Below, piece by piece: positions 27,484 through 38,936 of a stretch of DNA of 39,096 nt (position 1 is its first letter; each line of letters starts with the position of its first letter). Position numbers and translations under genes: made by a program. Below the pieces are notes generated by a model. The model was not told the DNA's origin. It ran no database searches and saw nothing but the letters and a program-made list of their open reading frames with translations. The stretch is from the sequence record AY264777.1; one strand, 5' to 3'. The stretch comes from Escherichia phage T7.

Positions 27484-29727
27484 ATGAGTAAAATTGAATC
27501 TGCCCTTCAAGCGGCACAACCGGGACTCTCTCGGTTACGTGGTGGTGCTGGAGGTATGGGCTATCGTGCAGCAACCACTCAGGCCGAACAGCCAAGGTCA
27601 AGCCTATTGGACACCATTGGTCGGTTCGCTAAGGCTGGTGCCGATATGTATACCGCTAAGGAACAACGAGCACGAGACCTAGCTGATGAACGCTCTAACG
27701 AGATTATCCGTAAGCTGACCCCTGAGCAACGTCGAGAAGCTCTCAACAACGGGACCCTTCTGTATCAGGATGACCCATACGCTATGGAAGCACTCCGAGT
27801 CAAGACTGGTCGTAACGCTGCGTATCTTGTGGACGATGACGTTATGCAGAAGATAAAAGAGGGTGTCTTCCGTACTCGCGAAGAGATGGAAGAGTATCGT
27901 CATAGTCGCCTTCAAGAGGGCGCTAAGGTATACGCTGAGCAGTTCGGCATCGACCCTGAGGACGTTGATTATCAGCGTGGTTTCAACGGGGACATTACCG
28001 AGCGTAACATCTCGCTGTATGGTGCGCATGATAACTTCTTGAGCCAGCAAGCTCAGAAGGGCGCTATCATGAACAGCCGAGTGGAACTCAACGGTGTCCT
28101 TCAAGACCCTGATATGCTGCGTCGTCCAGACTCTGCTGACTTCTTTGAGAAGTATATCGACAACGGTCTGGTTACTGGCACAATCCCATCTGATGCTCAA
28201 GCCACACAGCTTATAAGCCAAGCGTTCAGTGACGCTTCTAGCCGTGCTGGTGGTGTTGACTTCCTGATGCGAGTCGGTGACAAGAAGGTAACACTTAACG
28301 GAGCCACTACGACTTATCGAGAGTTGATTGGTGAGGAACAGTGGAACGTTCTCATGGTCACAGCACAACGTTCTCAGTTTGAGACTGATGCGAAGCTGAA
28401 CGAGCAGTATCGCTTGAAGATTAACTCTGCGCTGAACCAAGAGGACCCAAGGACAGCTTGGGAGATGCTTCAAGGTATCAAGGCTGAACTAGATAAGGTC
28501 CAACCTGATGAGCAGATGACACCACAACGTGAGTGGCTAATCTCCGCACAGGAACAAGTTCAGAATCAGATGAACGCATGGACGAAAGCTCAGGCCAAGG
28601 CTTTGGACGATTCCATGAAGTCAATGAACAAACTTGACGTAATCGACAAGCAATTCCAGAAGCGAATCAACGGTGAGTGGGTCTCAACGGATTTTAAGGA
28701 TATGCCAGTCAACGAGAACACTGGTGAGTTCAAGCATAGCGATATGATTAACTACGCCAATAAGAAGCTCGCTGAGATTGACAGTATGGACATTTCAGAC
28801 GGTGCCAAGGATGCTATGAAGTTGAAGTACCTTCAAGCGGACTTTAAGGACGGAGCATTCCGTACAACCATCGGAACCATGGTCACTGACGCTGGTCAAG
28901 AGTGGTCTGCCGCTGTGATTAACGATAAGTTACCAGAACGAACCCCAGCTATGGATGCTCTGCGCAGAATCCGCAATGCTGACCCTCAGTTGATTGCTGC
29001 GCTATACCCAGACCAAGCTGAGCTATTCCTGACGATGGACATGATGGACAAGCAGGGTATTGACCCTCAGGTTATTCTTGATGCCGACCGACTGACTGTT
29101 AAGCGGTCCAAAGAGCAACGCTTTGAGGATGATAAAGCATTCGAGTCTGCACTGAATGCATCTAAGGCTCCTGAGATTGCCCGTATGCCAGCGTCACTGC
29201 GCGAATCTGCACGTAAGATTTATGACTCCGTTAAGTATCGCTCGGGGAACGAAAGCATGGCTATGGAGCAGATGACCAAGTTCCTTAAGGAATCTACCTA
29301 CACGTTCACTGGTGATGATGTTGACGGTGATACCGTTGGTGTGATTCCTAAGAATATGATGCAGGTTAACTCTGACCCGAAATCATGGGAGCAAGGTCGG
29401 GATATTCTGGAGGAAGCACGTAAGGGAATCATTGCGAGCAACCCTTGGATAACCAATAAGCAACTGACCATGTATTCTCAAGGTGACTCCATTTACCTTA
29501 TGGACACCACAGGTCAAGTCAGAGTCCGATACGACAAAGAGTTACTTTCGAAGGTCTGGAGTGAGAACCAGAAGAAACTCGAAGAGAAAGCTCGTGAGAA
29601 GACTCTGGCTGATGTGAACAAGCGAGCACCTATAGTTGCCGCTACGAAGGCTCGTGAAGCTGCTGCTAAACGAGTCCGAGAGAAACGTAAACAGACTCCT
29701 AAGTTCATTTACGAACGTAAGGAGTAA
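27484..29727 (+). CDS. 15: Gene 15, internal virion protein C (747 aa)
   Basis: ORF track 27484..29727. Confidence 0.95.
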   Translation: MSKIESALQAAQPGLSRLRGGAGGMGYRAATTQAEQPRSSLLDTIGRFAKAGADMYTAKEQRARDLADERSNEIIRKLTPEQRREALNNGTLLYQDDPYAMEALRVKTGRNAAYLVDDDVMQKIKEGVFRTREEMEEYRHSRLQEGAKVYAEQFGIDPEDVDYQRGFNGDITERNISLYGAHDNFLSQQAQKGAIMNSRVELNGVLQDPDMLRRPDSADFFEKYIDNGLVTGTIPSDAQATQLISQAFSDASSRAGGVDFLMRVGDKKVTLNGATTTYRELIGEEQWNVLMVTAQRSQFETDAKLNEQYRLKINSALNQEDPRTAWEMLQGIKAELDKVQPDEQMTPQREWLISAQEQVQNQMNAWTKAQAKALDDSMKSMNKLDVIDKQFQKRINGEWVSTDFKDMPVNENTGEFKHSDMINYANKKLAEIDSMDISDGAKDAMKLKYLQADFKDGAFRTTIGTMVTDAGQEWSAAVINDKLPERTPAMDALRRIRNADPQLIAALYPDQAELFLTMDMMDKQGIDPQVILDADRLTVKRSKEQRFEDDKAFESALNASKAPEIARMPASLRESARKIYDSVKYRSGNESMAMEQMTKFLKESTYTFTGDDVDGDTVGVIPKNMMQVNSDPKSWEQGRDILEEARKGIIASNPWITNKQLTMYSQGDSIYLMDTTGQVRVRYDKELLSKVWSENQKKLEEKAREKTLADVNKRAPIVAATKAREAAAKRVREKRKQTPKFIYERKE

Positions 29728-29753
29728 CTAAAGGCTACATAAGGAGGCCCTAA

Positions 29754-32700
29754 ATGGATAAGTACGATAAGAACGTACCAAGTGATTATGATGGTCTGTT
29801 CCAAAAGGCTGCTGATGCCAACGGGGTCTCTTATGACCTTTTACGTAAAATCGCTTGGATAGAATCACGATTTGTGCATACAGCAAAATCTAAGACTGGA
29901 CCATTAGGCATGATGCAATTTACCAAGGCAACCGCTAAGGCCCTCGGTCTGCGAATTACCGATGGTCCAGACGACGACCGACTGAACCCTGAGTTAGCTA
30001 TTAATGCTGCCGCTAAGCAACTTGCAGGTCTGGTAGGGAAGTTTGATGGCGATGAACTCAAAGCTGCCCTTGCGTACAACCAAGGCGAGGGACGCTTGGG
30101 TAATTCACAACTTGAGGCGTACTCTAAGGGAGACTTCGCATCAATCTCTGAGGAGGGACGTAACTACATGCGTAACCTTCTGGATGTTGCTAAGTCACCT
30201 ATGGCTGGACAGTTGGAAACTTTTGGTGGCATAACCCCAAAGGGTAAAGGCATTCCGGCTGAGGTAGGATTGGCTGGAATTGGTCACAAGCAGAAAGTAA
30301 CACAGGAACTTCCTGAGTCCACAAGTTTTGACGTTAAGAGTATCGAACAGGAGGCTACGGCGAAACCATTCGCCAAGGACTTTTGGGAGACCCACGGAGA
30401 AACACTTGACGAGTACAACAGTCGTTCAACCTTCTTCGGATTCAAAAATGTTGCCGAAGCTGAATTCTCCAACTCAGTCGCTGGGATGGCTTTCCGTGCT
30501 GGTCGTCTCGATAATGGTTTTGATGTGTTTAAAGACACCATTACGCCGACTCGCTGGAACTCTCACATCTGGACTCCAGAGGAGTTAGAGAAGATTCGAA
30601 CAGAGGTTAAGAACCCTGCGTACATCAACGTTGTAATTGGTGGTTCCCCTGAGAACCTCGATGATCTCATTAAATTGGCTAACGAGAACTTTGAGAATGA
30701 CTCCCGCGCTGCCGAGGCTGGCCTAGGTGCCAAACTGAGTGCTGGTATTATTGGTGCTGGTGTGGACCCGCTTAGCTATGTTCCTATGGTCGGTGTCACT
30801 GGTAAGGGCTTTAAGTTAATCAATAAGGCTCTTGTAGTTGGTGCCGAAAGTGCTGCTCTGAACGTTGCATCCGAAGGTCTCCGTACTTCCGTAGCTGGTG
30901 GTGACGCAGACTATGCGGGTGCTGCCTTAGGTGGCTTTGTGTTTGGCGCAGGCATGTCTGCAATCAGTGACGCTGTAGCTGCTGGACTGAAACGCAGTAA
31001 ACCAGAAGCTGAGTTCGACAATGAGTTCATCGGTCCTATGATGCGATTGGAAGCCCGTGAGACAGCACGAAACGCCAACTCTGCGGACCTCTCTCGGATG
31101 AACACTGAGAACATGAAGTTTGAAGGTGAACATAATGGTGTCCCTTATGAGGACTTACCAACAGAGAGAGGTGCCGTGGTGTTACATGATGGCTCCGTTC
31201 TAAGTGCAAGCAACCCAATCAACCCTAAGACTCTAAAAGAGTTCTCCGAGGTTGACCCTGAGAAGGCTGCACGAGGAATCAAACTGGCTGGGTTCACCGA
31301 GATTGGCTTGAAGACCTTGGGGTCTGACGATGCTGACATTCGTAGAATGGCTATCGACCTCGTTCGTTCTCCTACTGGTATGCAGTCTGGTGCCTCAGGT
31401 AAGTTCGGTGCAACAGCTTCTGACATCCATGAGAGACTTCATGGTACTGACCAGCATACTTATAATGACTTGTACAAAGCAATGTCTGACGCTATGAAAG
31501 ACCCTGAGTTCTCTACTGGCGGCGCTAAGATGTCCCGTGAAGAAACTCGATACACTATCTACCGTAGAGCGGCACTAGCTATTGAGCGTCCAGAACTACA
31601 GAAGGCACTCACTCCGTCTGAGAGAATCGTTATGGACATCATTAAGCGTCACTTTGACACCAAGCGTGAACTTATGGAAAACCCAGCAATATTCGGTAAT
31701 ACAAAGGCTGTGAGTATCTTCCCTGAGAGTCGCCACAAAGGTACTTACGTTCCTCACGTATATGACCGTCATGCCAAGGCGCTGATGATTCAACGCTACG
31801 GTGCCGAAGGTTTGCAGGAAGGGATTGCCCGCTCATGGATGAACAGCTACGTCTCCAGACCTGAGGTCAAAGCCAGAGTCGATGAGATGCTTAAGGAATT
31901 ACACGGGGTGAAGGAAGTAACACCAGAGATGGTAGAGAAGTACGCTATGGATAAGGCTTATGGTATCTCCCACTCAGACCAGTTCACCAACAGTTCCATA
32001 ATAGAAGAGAACATTGAGGGCTTAGTAGGTATCGAGAATAACTCATTCCTTGAGGCACGTAACTTGTTTGATTCGGACCTATCCATCACTATGTCAGACG
32101 GACAGCAATTCTCAGTGAATGATCTAAGGGACTTCGATATGTTCCGCATCATGCCAGCGTATGACCGTCGTGTCAATGGTGACATCGCCATCATGGGGTC
32201 TACTGGTAAAACCACTAAGGAACTTAAGGATGAGATTTTGGCTCTCAAAGCGAAAGTTGCGGGAAACGGTAAGAAGACTGGCGAGGTACATGCTTTAATG
32301 GATACCGTTAAGATTCTTACTGGTCGTGCTAGACGCAATCAGGACACTGTGTGGGAAACCTCACTGCGTGCCATCAATGACCTAGGGTTCTTCGCTAAGA
32401 ACGCCTACATGGGTGCTCAGAACATTACGGAGATTGCTGGGATGATTGTCACTGGTAACGTTCGTGCTCTAGGGCATGGTATCCCAATTCTGCGTGATAC
32501 ACTCTACAAGTCTAAACCAGTTTCAGCTAAGGAACTCAAGGAACTCCATGCGTCTCTGTTCGGGAAGGAGGTGGACCAGTTGATTCGGCCTAAACGTGCT
32601 GACATTGTGCAGCGCCTAAGGGAAGCAACTGATACCGGACCTGCCGTGGCGAACATCGTAGGGATCTTGAAGTATTCAACACAGGAACTGGCTGCTCGCT

Positions 32701-33710
32701 CTCCGTGGACTAAGCTACTGAACGGAACCACTAACTACCTTCTGGATGCTGCGCGTCAAGGTATGCTTGGGGATGTTATTAGTGCCACCCTAACAGGTAA
32801 GACTACCCGCTGGGAGAAAGAAGGCTTCCTTCGTGGTGCCTCCGTAACTCCTGAGCAGATGGCTGGCATCAAGTCTCTCATCAAGGAACATATGGTACGC
32901 GGTGAAGACGGGAAGTTTACCGTTAAGGACAAGCAAGCGTTCTCTATGGACCCACGGGCTATGAACTTATGGAGACTGGCTGACAAGGTAGCTGATGAGG
33001 CAATGCTGCGTCCACATAAGGTGTCCTTACAGGATTCCCATGCGTTCGGAGCACTAGGTAAGATGGTTATGCAGTTTAAGTCTTTCACTATCAAGTCCCT
33101 TAACTCTAAGTTTCTGCGAACCTTCTATGATGGATACAAGAACAACCGAGCGATTGACGCTGCGCTGAGCATCATCACCTCTATGGGTCTCGCTGGTGGT
33201 TTCTATGCTATGGCTGCACACGTCAAAGCATACGCTCTGCCTAAGGAGAAACGTAAGGAGTACTTGGAGCGTGCACTGGACCCAACCATGATTGCCCACG
33301 CTGCGTTATCTCGTAGTTCTCAATTGGGTGCTCCTTTGGCTATGGTTGACCTAGTTGGTGGTGTTTTAGGGTTCGAGTCCTCCAAGATGGCTCGCTCTAC
33401 GATTCTACCTAAGGACACCGTGAAGGAACGTGACCCAAACAAACCGTACACCTCTAGAGAAGTAATGGGCGCTATGGGTTCAAACCTTCTGGAACAGATG
33501 CCTTCGGCTGGCTTTGTGGCTAACGTAGGGGCTACCTTAATGAATGCTGCTGGCGTGGTCAACTCACCTAATAAAGCAACCGAGCAGGACTTCATGACTG
33601 GTCTTATGAACTCCACAAAAGAGTTAGTACCGAACGACCCATTGACTCAACAGCTTGTGTTGAAGATTTATGAGGCGAACGGTGTTAACTTGAGGGAGCG
33701 TAGGAAATAA
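29754..33710 (+). CDS. 16: Gene 16, internal virion protein D with N-terminal lytic transglycosylase domain (1318 aa)
   Basis: ORF 29754..33710; N-terminal region (IAWIESRF...GPLGMMQF) typical of lytic transglycosylases. Confidence 0.95.
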   Translation: MDKYDKNVPSDYDGLFQKAADANGVSYDLLRKIAWIESRFVHTAKSKTGPLGMMQFTKATAKALGLRITDGPDDDRLNPELAINAAAKQLAGLVGKFDGDELKAALAYNQGEGRLGNSQLEAYSKGDFASISEEGRNYMRNLLDVAKSPMAGQLETFGGITPKGKGIPAEVGLAGIGHKQKVTQELPESTSFDVKSIEQEATAKPFAKDFWETHGETLDEYNSRSTFFGFKNVAEAEFSNSVAGMAFRAGRLDNGFDVFKDTITPTRWNSHIWTPEELEKIRTEVKNPAYINVVIGGSPENLDDLIKLANENFENDSRAAEAGLGAKLSAGIIGAGVDPLSYVPMVGVTGKGFKLINKALVVGAESAALNVASEGLRTSVAGGDADYAGAALGGFVFGAGMSAISDAVAAGLKRSKPEAEFDNEFIGPMMRLEARETARNANSADLSRMNTENMKFEGEHNGVPYEDLPTERGAVVLHDGSVLSASNPINPKTLKEFSEVDPEKAARGIKLAGFTEIGLKTLGSDDADIRRMAIDLVRSPTGMQSGASGKFGATASDIHERLHGTDQHTYNDLYKAMSDAMKDPEFSTGGAKMSREETRYTIYRRAALAIERPELQKALTPSERIVMDIIKRHFDTKRELMENPAIFGNTKAVSIFPESRHKGTYVPHVYDRHAKALMIQRYGAEGLQEGIARSWMNSYVSRPEVKARVDEMLKELHGVKEVTPEMVEKYAMDKAYGISHSDQFTNSSIIEENIEGLVGIENNSFLEARNLFDSDLSITMSDGQQFSVNDLRDFDMFRIMPAYDRRVNGDIAIMGSTGKTTKELKDEILALKAKVAGNGKKTGEVHALMDTVKILTGRARRNQDTVWETSLRAINDLGFFAKNAYMGAQNITEIAGMIVTGNVRALGHGIPILRDTLYKSKPVSAKELKELHASLFGKEVDQLIRPKRADIVQRLREATDTGPAVANIVGILKYSTQELAARSPWTKLLNGTTNYLLDAARQGMLGDVISATLTGKTTRWEKEGFLRGASVTPEQMAGIKSLIKEHMVRGEDGKFTVKDKQAFSMDPRAMNLWRLADKVADEAMLRPHKVSLQDSHAFGALGKMVMQFKSFTIKSLNSKFLRTFYDGYKNNRAIDAALSIITSMGLAGGFYAMAAHVKAYALPKEKRKEYLERALDPTMIAHAALSRSSQLGAPLAMVDLVGGVLGFESSKMARSTILPKDTVKERDPNKPYTSREVMGAMGSNLLEQMPSAGFVANVGATLMNAAGVVNSPNKATEQDFMTGLMNSTKELVPNDPLTQQLVLKIYEANGVNLRERRK

Positions 33711-33730
33711 TACGACTCACTATAGGGAGA
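33708..33730 (+). promoter_or_regulatory. T7 class III promoter phi17 (exact consensus)
   Basis: taatacgactcactatagggaga. Confidence 0.9.
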
Positions 33731-33782
33731 GGTGAAATAATCTTCTCCCTGTAGTTTCTTAGATTTACTTTAAGGAGGTCAA

Positions 33783-35444
33783 ATGGCTAACGTAATTAAA
33801 ACCGTTTTGACTTACCAGTTAGATGGCTCCAATCGTGATTTTAATATCCCGTTTGAGTATCTAGCCCGTAAGTTCGTAGTGGTAACTCTTATTGGTGTAG
33901 ACCGAAAGGTCCTTACGATTAATACAGACTATCGTTTTGCTACACGTACTACTATCTCTCTGACAAAGGCTTGGGGTCCAGCCGATGGCTACACGACCAT
34001 CGAGTTACGTCGAGTAACCTCCACTACCGACCGATTGGTTGACTTTACGGATGGTTCAATCCTCCGCGCGTATGACCTTAACGTCGCTCAGATTCAAACG
34101 ATGCACGTAGCGGAAGAGGCCCGTGACCTCACTACGGATACTATCGGTGTCAATAACGATGGTCACTTGGATGCTCGTGGTCGTCGAATTGTGAATCTAG
34201 CGAACGCTGTGAATGACCGCGATGCTGTTCCGTTTGGTCAACTAAAAACCATGAACCAGAACTCATGGCAAGCACGTAATGAAGCCTTACAGTTCCGTAA
34301 TGAGGCTGAGACTTTCAGAAACCAAGCGAAGGGCTTTAAGAACGAGTTCAGTACCAACGCTACGAACACAAAGCAGTGGCGCGATGAGACCAAGGGTTTC
34401 CGAGACGAAGCCAAGCGGTTCAAGAATACGGCTGGTCAATACGCTACATCTGCTGGGAACTCTGCTTCCGCTGCGCATCAATCTGAGGTAAACGCTGAGA
34501 ACTCTGCCACAGCATCCGCTAACTCTGCTCATTTGGCAGAACAGCAAGCAGATCGTGCGGAACGTGAGGCAGACAAGCTGGAAAATTACAATGAATTGGC
34601 TGGTGCAATTGATAAGGTAGATGGAACCAATGTGTACTGGAAAGGAAATATTCACGCTAACGGGCGCCTTTACATGACCACAAACGGTTTTGACTGTGGC
34701 CAGTATCAACAGTTCTTTGGTGGTGTCACTAATCGTTACTCTGTCATGGAGTGGGGAGATGAGAACGGATGGCTGATGTATGTTCAACGTAGAGAGTGGA
34801 CAACAGCGATAGGCGGTAACATCCAGTTAGTAGTAAACGGACAGATCATCACCCAAGGTGGAGCCATGACCGGTCAGCTAAAATTGCAGAATGGGCATGT
34901 TCTTCAATTAGAGTCCGCATCCGACAAGGCGCACTATATTCTATCTAAAGATGGTAACAGGAATAACTGGTACATTGGTAGAGGGTCAGATAACAACAAT
35001 GACTGTACCTTCCACTCCTATGTACATGGTACGACCTTAACACTCAAGCAGGACTATGCAGTAGTTAACAAACACTTCCACGTAGGTCAGGCCGTTGTGG
35101 CCACTGATGGTAATATTCAAGGTACTAAGTGGGGAGGTAAATGGCTGGATGCTTACCTACGTGACAGCTTCGTTGCGAAGTCCAAGGCGTGGACTCAGGT
35201 GTGGTCTGGTAGGGTTGGCGGTGGGGTAAGTGTGACTGTTTCACAGGATCTCCGCTTCCGCAATATCTGGATTAAGTGTGCCAACAACTCTTGGAACTTC
35301 TTCCGTACTGGCCCCGATGGAACCTACTTCATAGCCTCTGATGGTGGATGGTTACGATTCCAAATACACTCCAACGGTCTCGGATTCAAGAATATTGCAG
35401 ACAGTCGTTCAGTACCTAATGCAATCATGGTGGAGAACGAGTAA
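33783..35444 (+). CDS. 17: Gene 17, tail fiber protein (553 aa)
   Basis: ORF track 33783..35444. Confidence 0.95.
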   Translation: MANVIKTVLTYQLDGSNRDFNIPFEYLARKFVVVTLIGVDRKVLTINTDYRFATRTTISLTKAWGPADGYTTIELRRVTSTTDRLVDFTDGSILRAYDLNVAQIQTMHVAEEARDLTTDTIGVNNDGHLDARGRRIVNLANAVNDRDAVPFGQLKTMNQNSWQARNEALQFRNEAETFRNQAKGFKNEFSTNATNTKQWRDETKGFRDEAKRFKNTAGQYATSAGNSASAAHQSEVNAENSATASANSAHLAEQQADRAEREADKLENYNELAGAIDKVDGTNVYWKGNIHANGRLYMTTNGFDCGQYQQFFGGVTNRYSVMEWGDENGWLMYVQRREWTTAIGGNIQLVVNGQIITQGGAMTGQLKLQNGHVLQLESASDKAHYILSKDGNRNNWYIGRGSDNNNDCTFHSYVHGTTLTLKQDYAVVNKHFHVGQAVVATDGNIQGTKWGGKWLDAYLRDSFVAKSKAWTQVWSGRVGGGVSVTVSQDLRFRNIWIKCANNSWNFFRTGPDGTYFIASDGGWLRFQIHSNGLGFKNIADSRSVPNAIMVENE

Positions 35445-35502
35445 TTGGTAAATCACAAGGAAAGACGTGTAGTCCACGGATGGACTCTCAAGGAGGTACA
35501 AG

Positions 35503-35706
35503 GTGCTATCATTAGACTTTAACAACGAATTGATTAAGGCTGCTCCAGTTGTTGGGACGGGTGTAGCAGATATTAGTGCTCGACTGTTCTTTGGGTTAAG
35601 CCTTAACGAATGGTTCTACGCTGCTGCTATCGCCTACACAGTGGTTCAGATTGGTGCCAAGGTAGTCGATAAGATGATTGACTGGAAGAAAGCTAATAAG
35701 GAGTGA
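35503..35706 (+). CDS. 17.5: Gene 17.5, holin (67 aa)
   Basis: ORF 35503..35706; one hydrophobic segment and a charged C-terminus. Confidence 0.85.
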   Translation: MLSLDFNNELIKAAPVVGTGVADISARLFFGLSLNEWFYAAAIAYTVVQIGAKVVDKMIDWKKANKE

Positions 35707-35711
35707 TATGT

Positions 35712-35981
35712 ATGGAAAAGGATAAGAGCCTTATTACATTCTTAGAGATGTTGGACACTGCGATGGCTCAGCGTATGCTTGCGGACCTTTCGGACCATGA
35801 GCGTCGCTCTCCGCAACTCTATAATGCTATTAACAAACTGTTAGACCGCCACAAGTTCCAGATTGGTAAGTTGCAGCCGGATGTTCACATCTTAGGTGGC
35901 CTTGTTGGTGCTCTTGAAGAGTACAAAGAGAAAGTCGGTGATAACGGTCTTACGGATGATGATATTTACACATTACAATGA
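35712..35981 (+). CDS. 18: Gene 18, terminase small subunit (89 aa)
   Basis: Internal ATG 35712 of ORF 35703..35981. Confidence 0.85.
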   Translation: MEKDKSLITFLEMLDTAMAQRMLADLSDHERRSPQLYNAINKLLDRHKFQIGKLQPDVHILGGLVGALEEYKEKVGDNGLTDDDIYTLQ

Positions 35982-35983
35982 TA

Positions 35984-36020
35984 TACTCAAGGCCACTACA
36001 GATAGTGGTCTTTATGGATG
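35984..36020 (+). promoter_or_regulatory. RNase III processing site R18.5
   Basis: tactcaaggccactacagatagtggtctttatggatg. Confidence 0.5.
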
Positions 36021-36075
36021 TCATTGTCTATACGAGATGCTCCTACGTGAAATCTGAAAGTTAACGGGAGGCATT

Positions 36076-36507
36076 ATGCTAGAATTTTTACGTAAGCTAA
36101 TCCCTTGGGTTCTCGTTGGGATGCTATTCGGGTTAGGATGGCATCTAGGGTCAGACTCAATGGACGCTAAATGGAAACAGGAGGTACACAATGAGTACGT
36201 TAAGAGAGTTGAGGCTGCGAAGAGCACTCAAAGAGCAATCGGTGCGGTATCTGCTAAGTATCAAGAAGACCTTGCCGCGCTGGAAGGGAGCACTGATAGG
36301 ATTATTTCTGATTTGCGTAGCGACAATAAGCGGTTGCGCGTCAGAGTCAAAACTACCGGAATCTCCGATGGTCAGTGTGGATTCGAGCCTGATGGTCGAG
36401 CCGAACTTGACGACCGAGATGCTAAACGTATTCTCGCAGTGACCCAGAAGGGTGACGCATGGATTCGTGCGTTACAGGATACTATTCGTGAACTGCAACG
36501 TAAGTAG
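36076..36507 (+). CDS. 18.5: Gene 18.5, Rz-like i-spanin (143 aa)
   Basis: ORF 36076..36507 with N-terminal transmembrane segment. Confidence 0.85.
   Translation: MLEFLRKLIPWVLVGMLFGLGWHLGSDSMDAKWKQEVHNEYVKRVEAAKSTQRAIGAVSAKYQEDLAALEGSTDRIISDLRSDNKRLRVRVKTTGISDGQCGFEPDGRAELDDRDAKRILAVTQKGDAWIRALQDTIRELQRK
36191..36442 (+). CDS. 18.7: Gene 18.7, Rz1-like o-spanin embedded in a different frame of 18.5 (83 aa)
   Basis: ORF 36191..36442 wholly inside 18.5; lipobox-like LICVATISGCAS. Confidence 0.7.
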   Translation: MSTLRELRLRRALKEQSVRYLLSIKKTLPRWKGALIGLFLICVATISGCASESKLPESPMVSVDSSLMVEPNLTTEMLNVFSQ

Positions 36508-36528
36508 GAAATCAAGTAAGGAGGCAAT

Positions 36529-38289
36529 GTGTCTACTCAATCCAATCGTAATGCGCTCGTAGTGGCGCAACTGAAAGGAGACTTCGTGGCGTTCCTATTC
36601 GTCTTATGGAAGGCGCTAAACCTACCGGTGCCCACTAAGTGTCAGATTGACATGGCTAAGGTGCTGGCGAATGGAGACAACAAGAAGTTCATCTTACAGG
36701 CTTTCCGTGGTATCGGTAAGTCGTTCATCACATGTGCGTTCGTTGTGTGGTCTTTATGGAGAGACCCTCAGTTGAAGATACTTATCGTATCAGCCTCTAA
36801 GGAGCGTGCAGACGCTAACTCCATCTTTATTAAGAACATCATTGACCTGCTGCCATTCCTATCTGAGTTAAAGCCAAGACCCGGACAGCGTGACTCGGTA
36901 ATTAGCTTTGATGTAGGCCCAGCCAATCCTGACCACTCTCCTAGTGTGAAATCAGTAGGTATTACTGGTCAGTTAACTGGTAGCCGTGCTGACATTATCA
37001 TTGCGGATGACGTTGAGATTCCGTCTAACAGTGCAACTATGGGTGCCCGTGAGAAGCTATGGACTCTGGTTCAGGAGTTCGCTGCATTACTTAAACCGCT
37101 GTCTTCCTCTCGCGTTATCTACCTTGGTACACCTCAGACAGAGATGACTCTCTATAAGGAACTTGAGGATAACCGTGGGTACACAACCATTATTTGGCCT
37201 GCTCTGTACCCAAGGACACGTGAAGAGAACCTCTATTACTCACAGCGTCTTGCTCCTATGTTACGCGCTGAGTACGATGAGAACCCTGAGGCACTTGCTG
37301 GGACTCCAACAGACCCAGTGCGCTTTGACCGTGATGACCTGCGCGAGCGTGAGTTGGAATACGGTAAGGCTGGCTTTACGCTACAGTTCATGCTTAACCC
37401 TAACCTTAGTGATGCCGAGAAGTACCCGCTGAGGCTTCGTGACGCTATCGTAGCGGCCTTAGACTTAGAGAAGGCCCCAATGCATTACCAGTGGCTTCCG
37501 AACCGTCAGAACATCATTGAGGACCTTCCTAACGTTGGCCTTAAGGGTGATGACCTGCATACATACCACGATTGTTCCAACAACTCAGGTCAGTACCAAC
37601 AGAAGATTCTGGTCATTGACCCTAGTGGTCGCGGTAAGGACGAAACAGGTTACGCTGTGCTGTACACACTGAACGGTTACATCTACCTTATGGAAGCTGG
37701 AGGTTTCCGTGATGGCTACTCCGATAAGACCCTTGAGTTACTCGCTAAGAAGGCAAAGCAATGGGGAGTCCAGACGGTTGTCTACGAGAGTAACTTCGGT
37801 GACGGTATGTTCGGTAAGGTATTCAGTCCTATTCTTCTTAAACACCACAACTGTGCGATGGAAGAGATTCGTGCCCGTGGTATGAAAGAGATGCGTATTT
37901 GCGATACTCTTGAGCCAGTCATGCAGACTCACCGCCTTGTAATTCGTGATGAGGTCATTAGGGCCGACTACCAGTCCGCTCGTGACGTAGACGGTAAGCA
38001 TGACGTTAAGTACTCGTTGTTCTACCAGATGACCCGTATCACTCGTGAGAAAGGCGCTCTGGCTCATGATGACCGATTGGATGCCCTTGCGTTAGGCATT
38101 GAGTATCTTCGTGAGTCCATGCAGTTGGATTCCGTTAAGGTCGAGGGTGAAGTACTTGCCGACTTCCTTGAGGAACACATGATGCGTCCTACGGTTGCTG
38201 CTACGCATATCATTGAGATGTCTGTGGGAGGAGTTGATGTGTACTCTGAGGACGATGAGGGTTACGGTACGTCTTTCATTGAGTGGTGA
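36529..38289 (+). CDS. 19: Gene 19, terminase large subunit (586 aa), apparent GTG start
   Basis: ORF track 36529..38289. Confidence 0.95.
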   Translation: MSTQSNRNALVVAQLKGDFVAFLFVLWKALNLPVPTKCQIDMAKVLANGDNKKFILQAFRGIGKSFITCAFVVWSLWRDPQLKILIVSASKERADANSIFIKNIIDLLPFLSELKPRPGQRDSVISFDVGPANPDHSPSVKSVGITGQLTGSRADIIIADDVEIPSNSATMGAREKLWTLVQEFAALLKPLSSSRVIYLGTPQTEMTLYKELEDNRGYTTIIWPALYPRTREENLYYSQRLAPMLRAEYDENPEALAGTPTDPVRFDRDDLRERELEYGKAGFTLQFMLNPNLSDAEKYPLRLRDAIVAALDLEKAPMHYQWLPNRQNIIEDLPNVGLKGDDLHTYHDCSNNSGQYQQKILVIDPSGRGKDETGYAVLYTLNGYIYLMEAGGFRDGYSDKTLELLAKKAKQWGVQTVVYESNFGDGMFGKVFSPILLKHHNCAMEEIRARGMKEMRICDTLEPVMQTHRLVIRDEVIRADYQSARDVDGKHDVKYSLFYQMTRITREKGALAHDDRLDALALGIEYLRESMQLDSVKVEGEVLADFLEEHMMRPTVAATHIIEMSVGGVDVYSEDDEGYGTSFIEW

Positions 38290-38370
38290 TTTATGCATTA
38301 GGACTGCATAGGGATGCACTATAGACCACGGATGGTCAGTTCTTTAAGTTACTGAAAAGACACGATAAAT

Positions 38371-38393
38371 TAATACGACTCACTATAGGGAGA
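38371..38393 (+). promoter_or_regulatory. T7 promoter phiOR (exact consensus)
   Basis: taatacgactcactatagggaga. Confidence 0.9.
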
Positions 38394-38547
38394 GGAGGGA
38401 CGAAAGGTTACTATATAGATACTGAATGAATACTTATAGAGTGCATAAAGTATGCATAATGGTGTACCTAGAGTGACCTCTAAGAATGGTGATTATATTG
38501 TATTAGTATCACCTTAACTTAAGGACCAACATAAAGAGAGGAGACTC

Positions 38548-38697
38548 ATGTTCCGCTTATTGTTGAACCTACTGCGGCATAGAGTCACCTACCGATTTCT
38601 TGTGGTACTTTGTGCTGCCCTTGGGTACGCATCTCTTACTGGAGACCTCAGTTCACTGGAGTCTGTCGTTTGCTCTATACTCACTTGTAGCGATTAG
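38548..38697 (+). CDS. 19.5: Gene 19.5 (49 aa)
   Basis: ATG 38548 to tag 38695-38697; MFRLLLNLLRHRVTYRFLVVLCAALGYASLTG... Confidence 0.6.
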   Translation: MFRLLLNLLRHRVTYRFLVVLCAALGYASLTGDLSSLESVVCSILTCSD

Positions 38698-38759
38698 GGT
38701 CTTTCTGACCGACTGATGGCTCACCGAGGGATTCAGCGGTATGATTGCATCACACCACT

Positions 38760-38936
38760 TCATCTCTATAGAGTCAAGTCCTAAGGTATATCCATAAAGA
38801 GCCTCTAATGGTCTATCCTAAGGTCTATACCTAAAGATAGGCCATCCTATCAGTGTCACCTAAAGAGGGTCTTAGAGAGGGCCTATGGAGTTCCTATAGG
38901 GTCCTTTAAAATATACCATAAAAATCTGAGTGACTA
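38760..38936. repeat. Right-end short-repeat region (cctaaag/cctaagg-like motifs) preceding the terminal repeat
   Basis: Recurring tcctaaggtctatacctaaagataggccatcctatcagtgtcacctaaagag motifs. Confidence 0.45.
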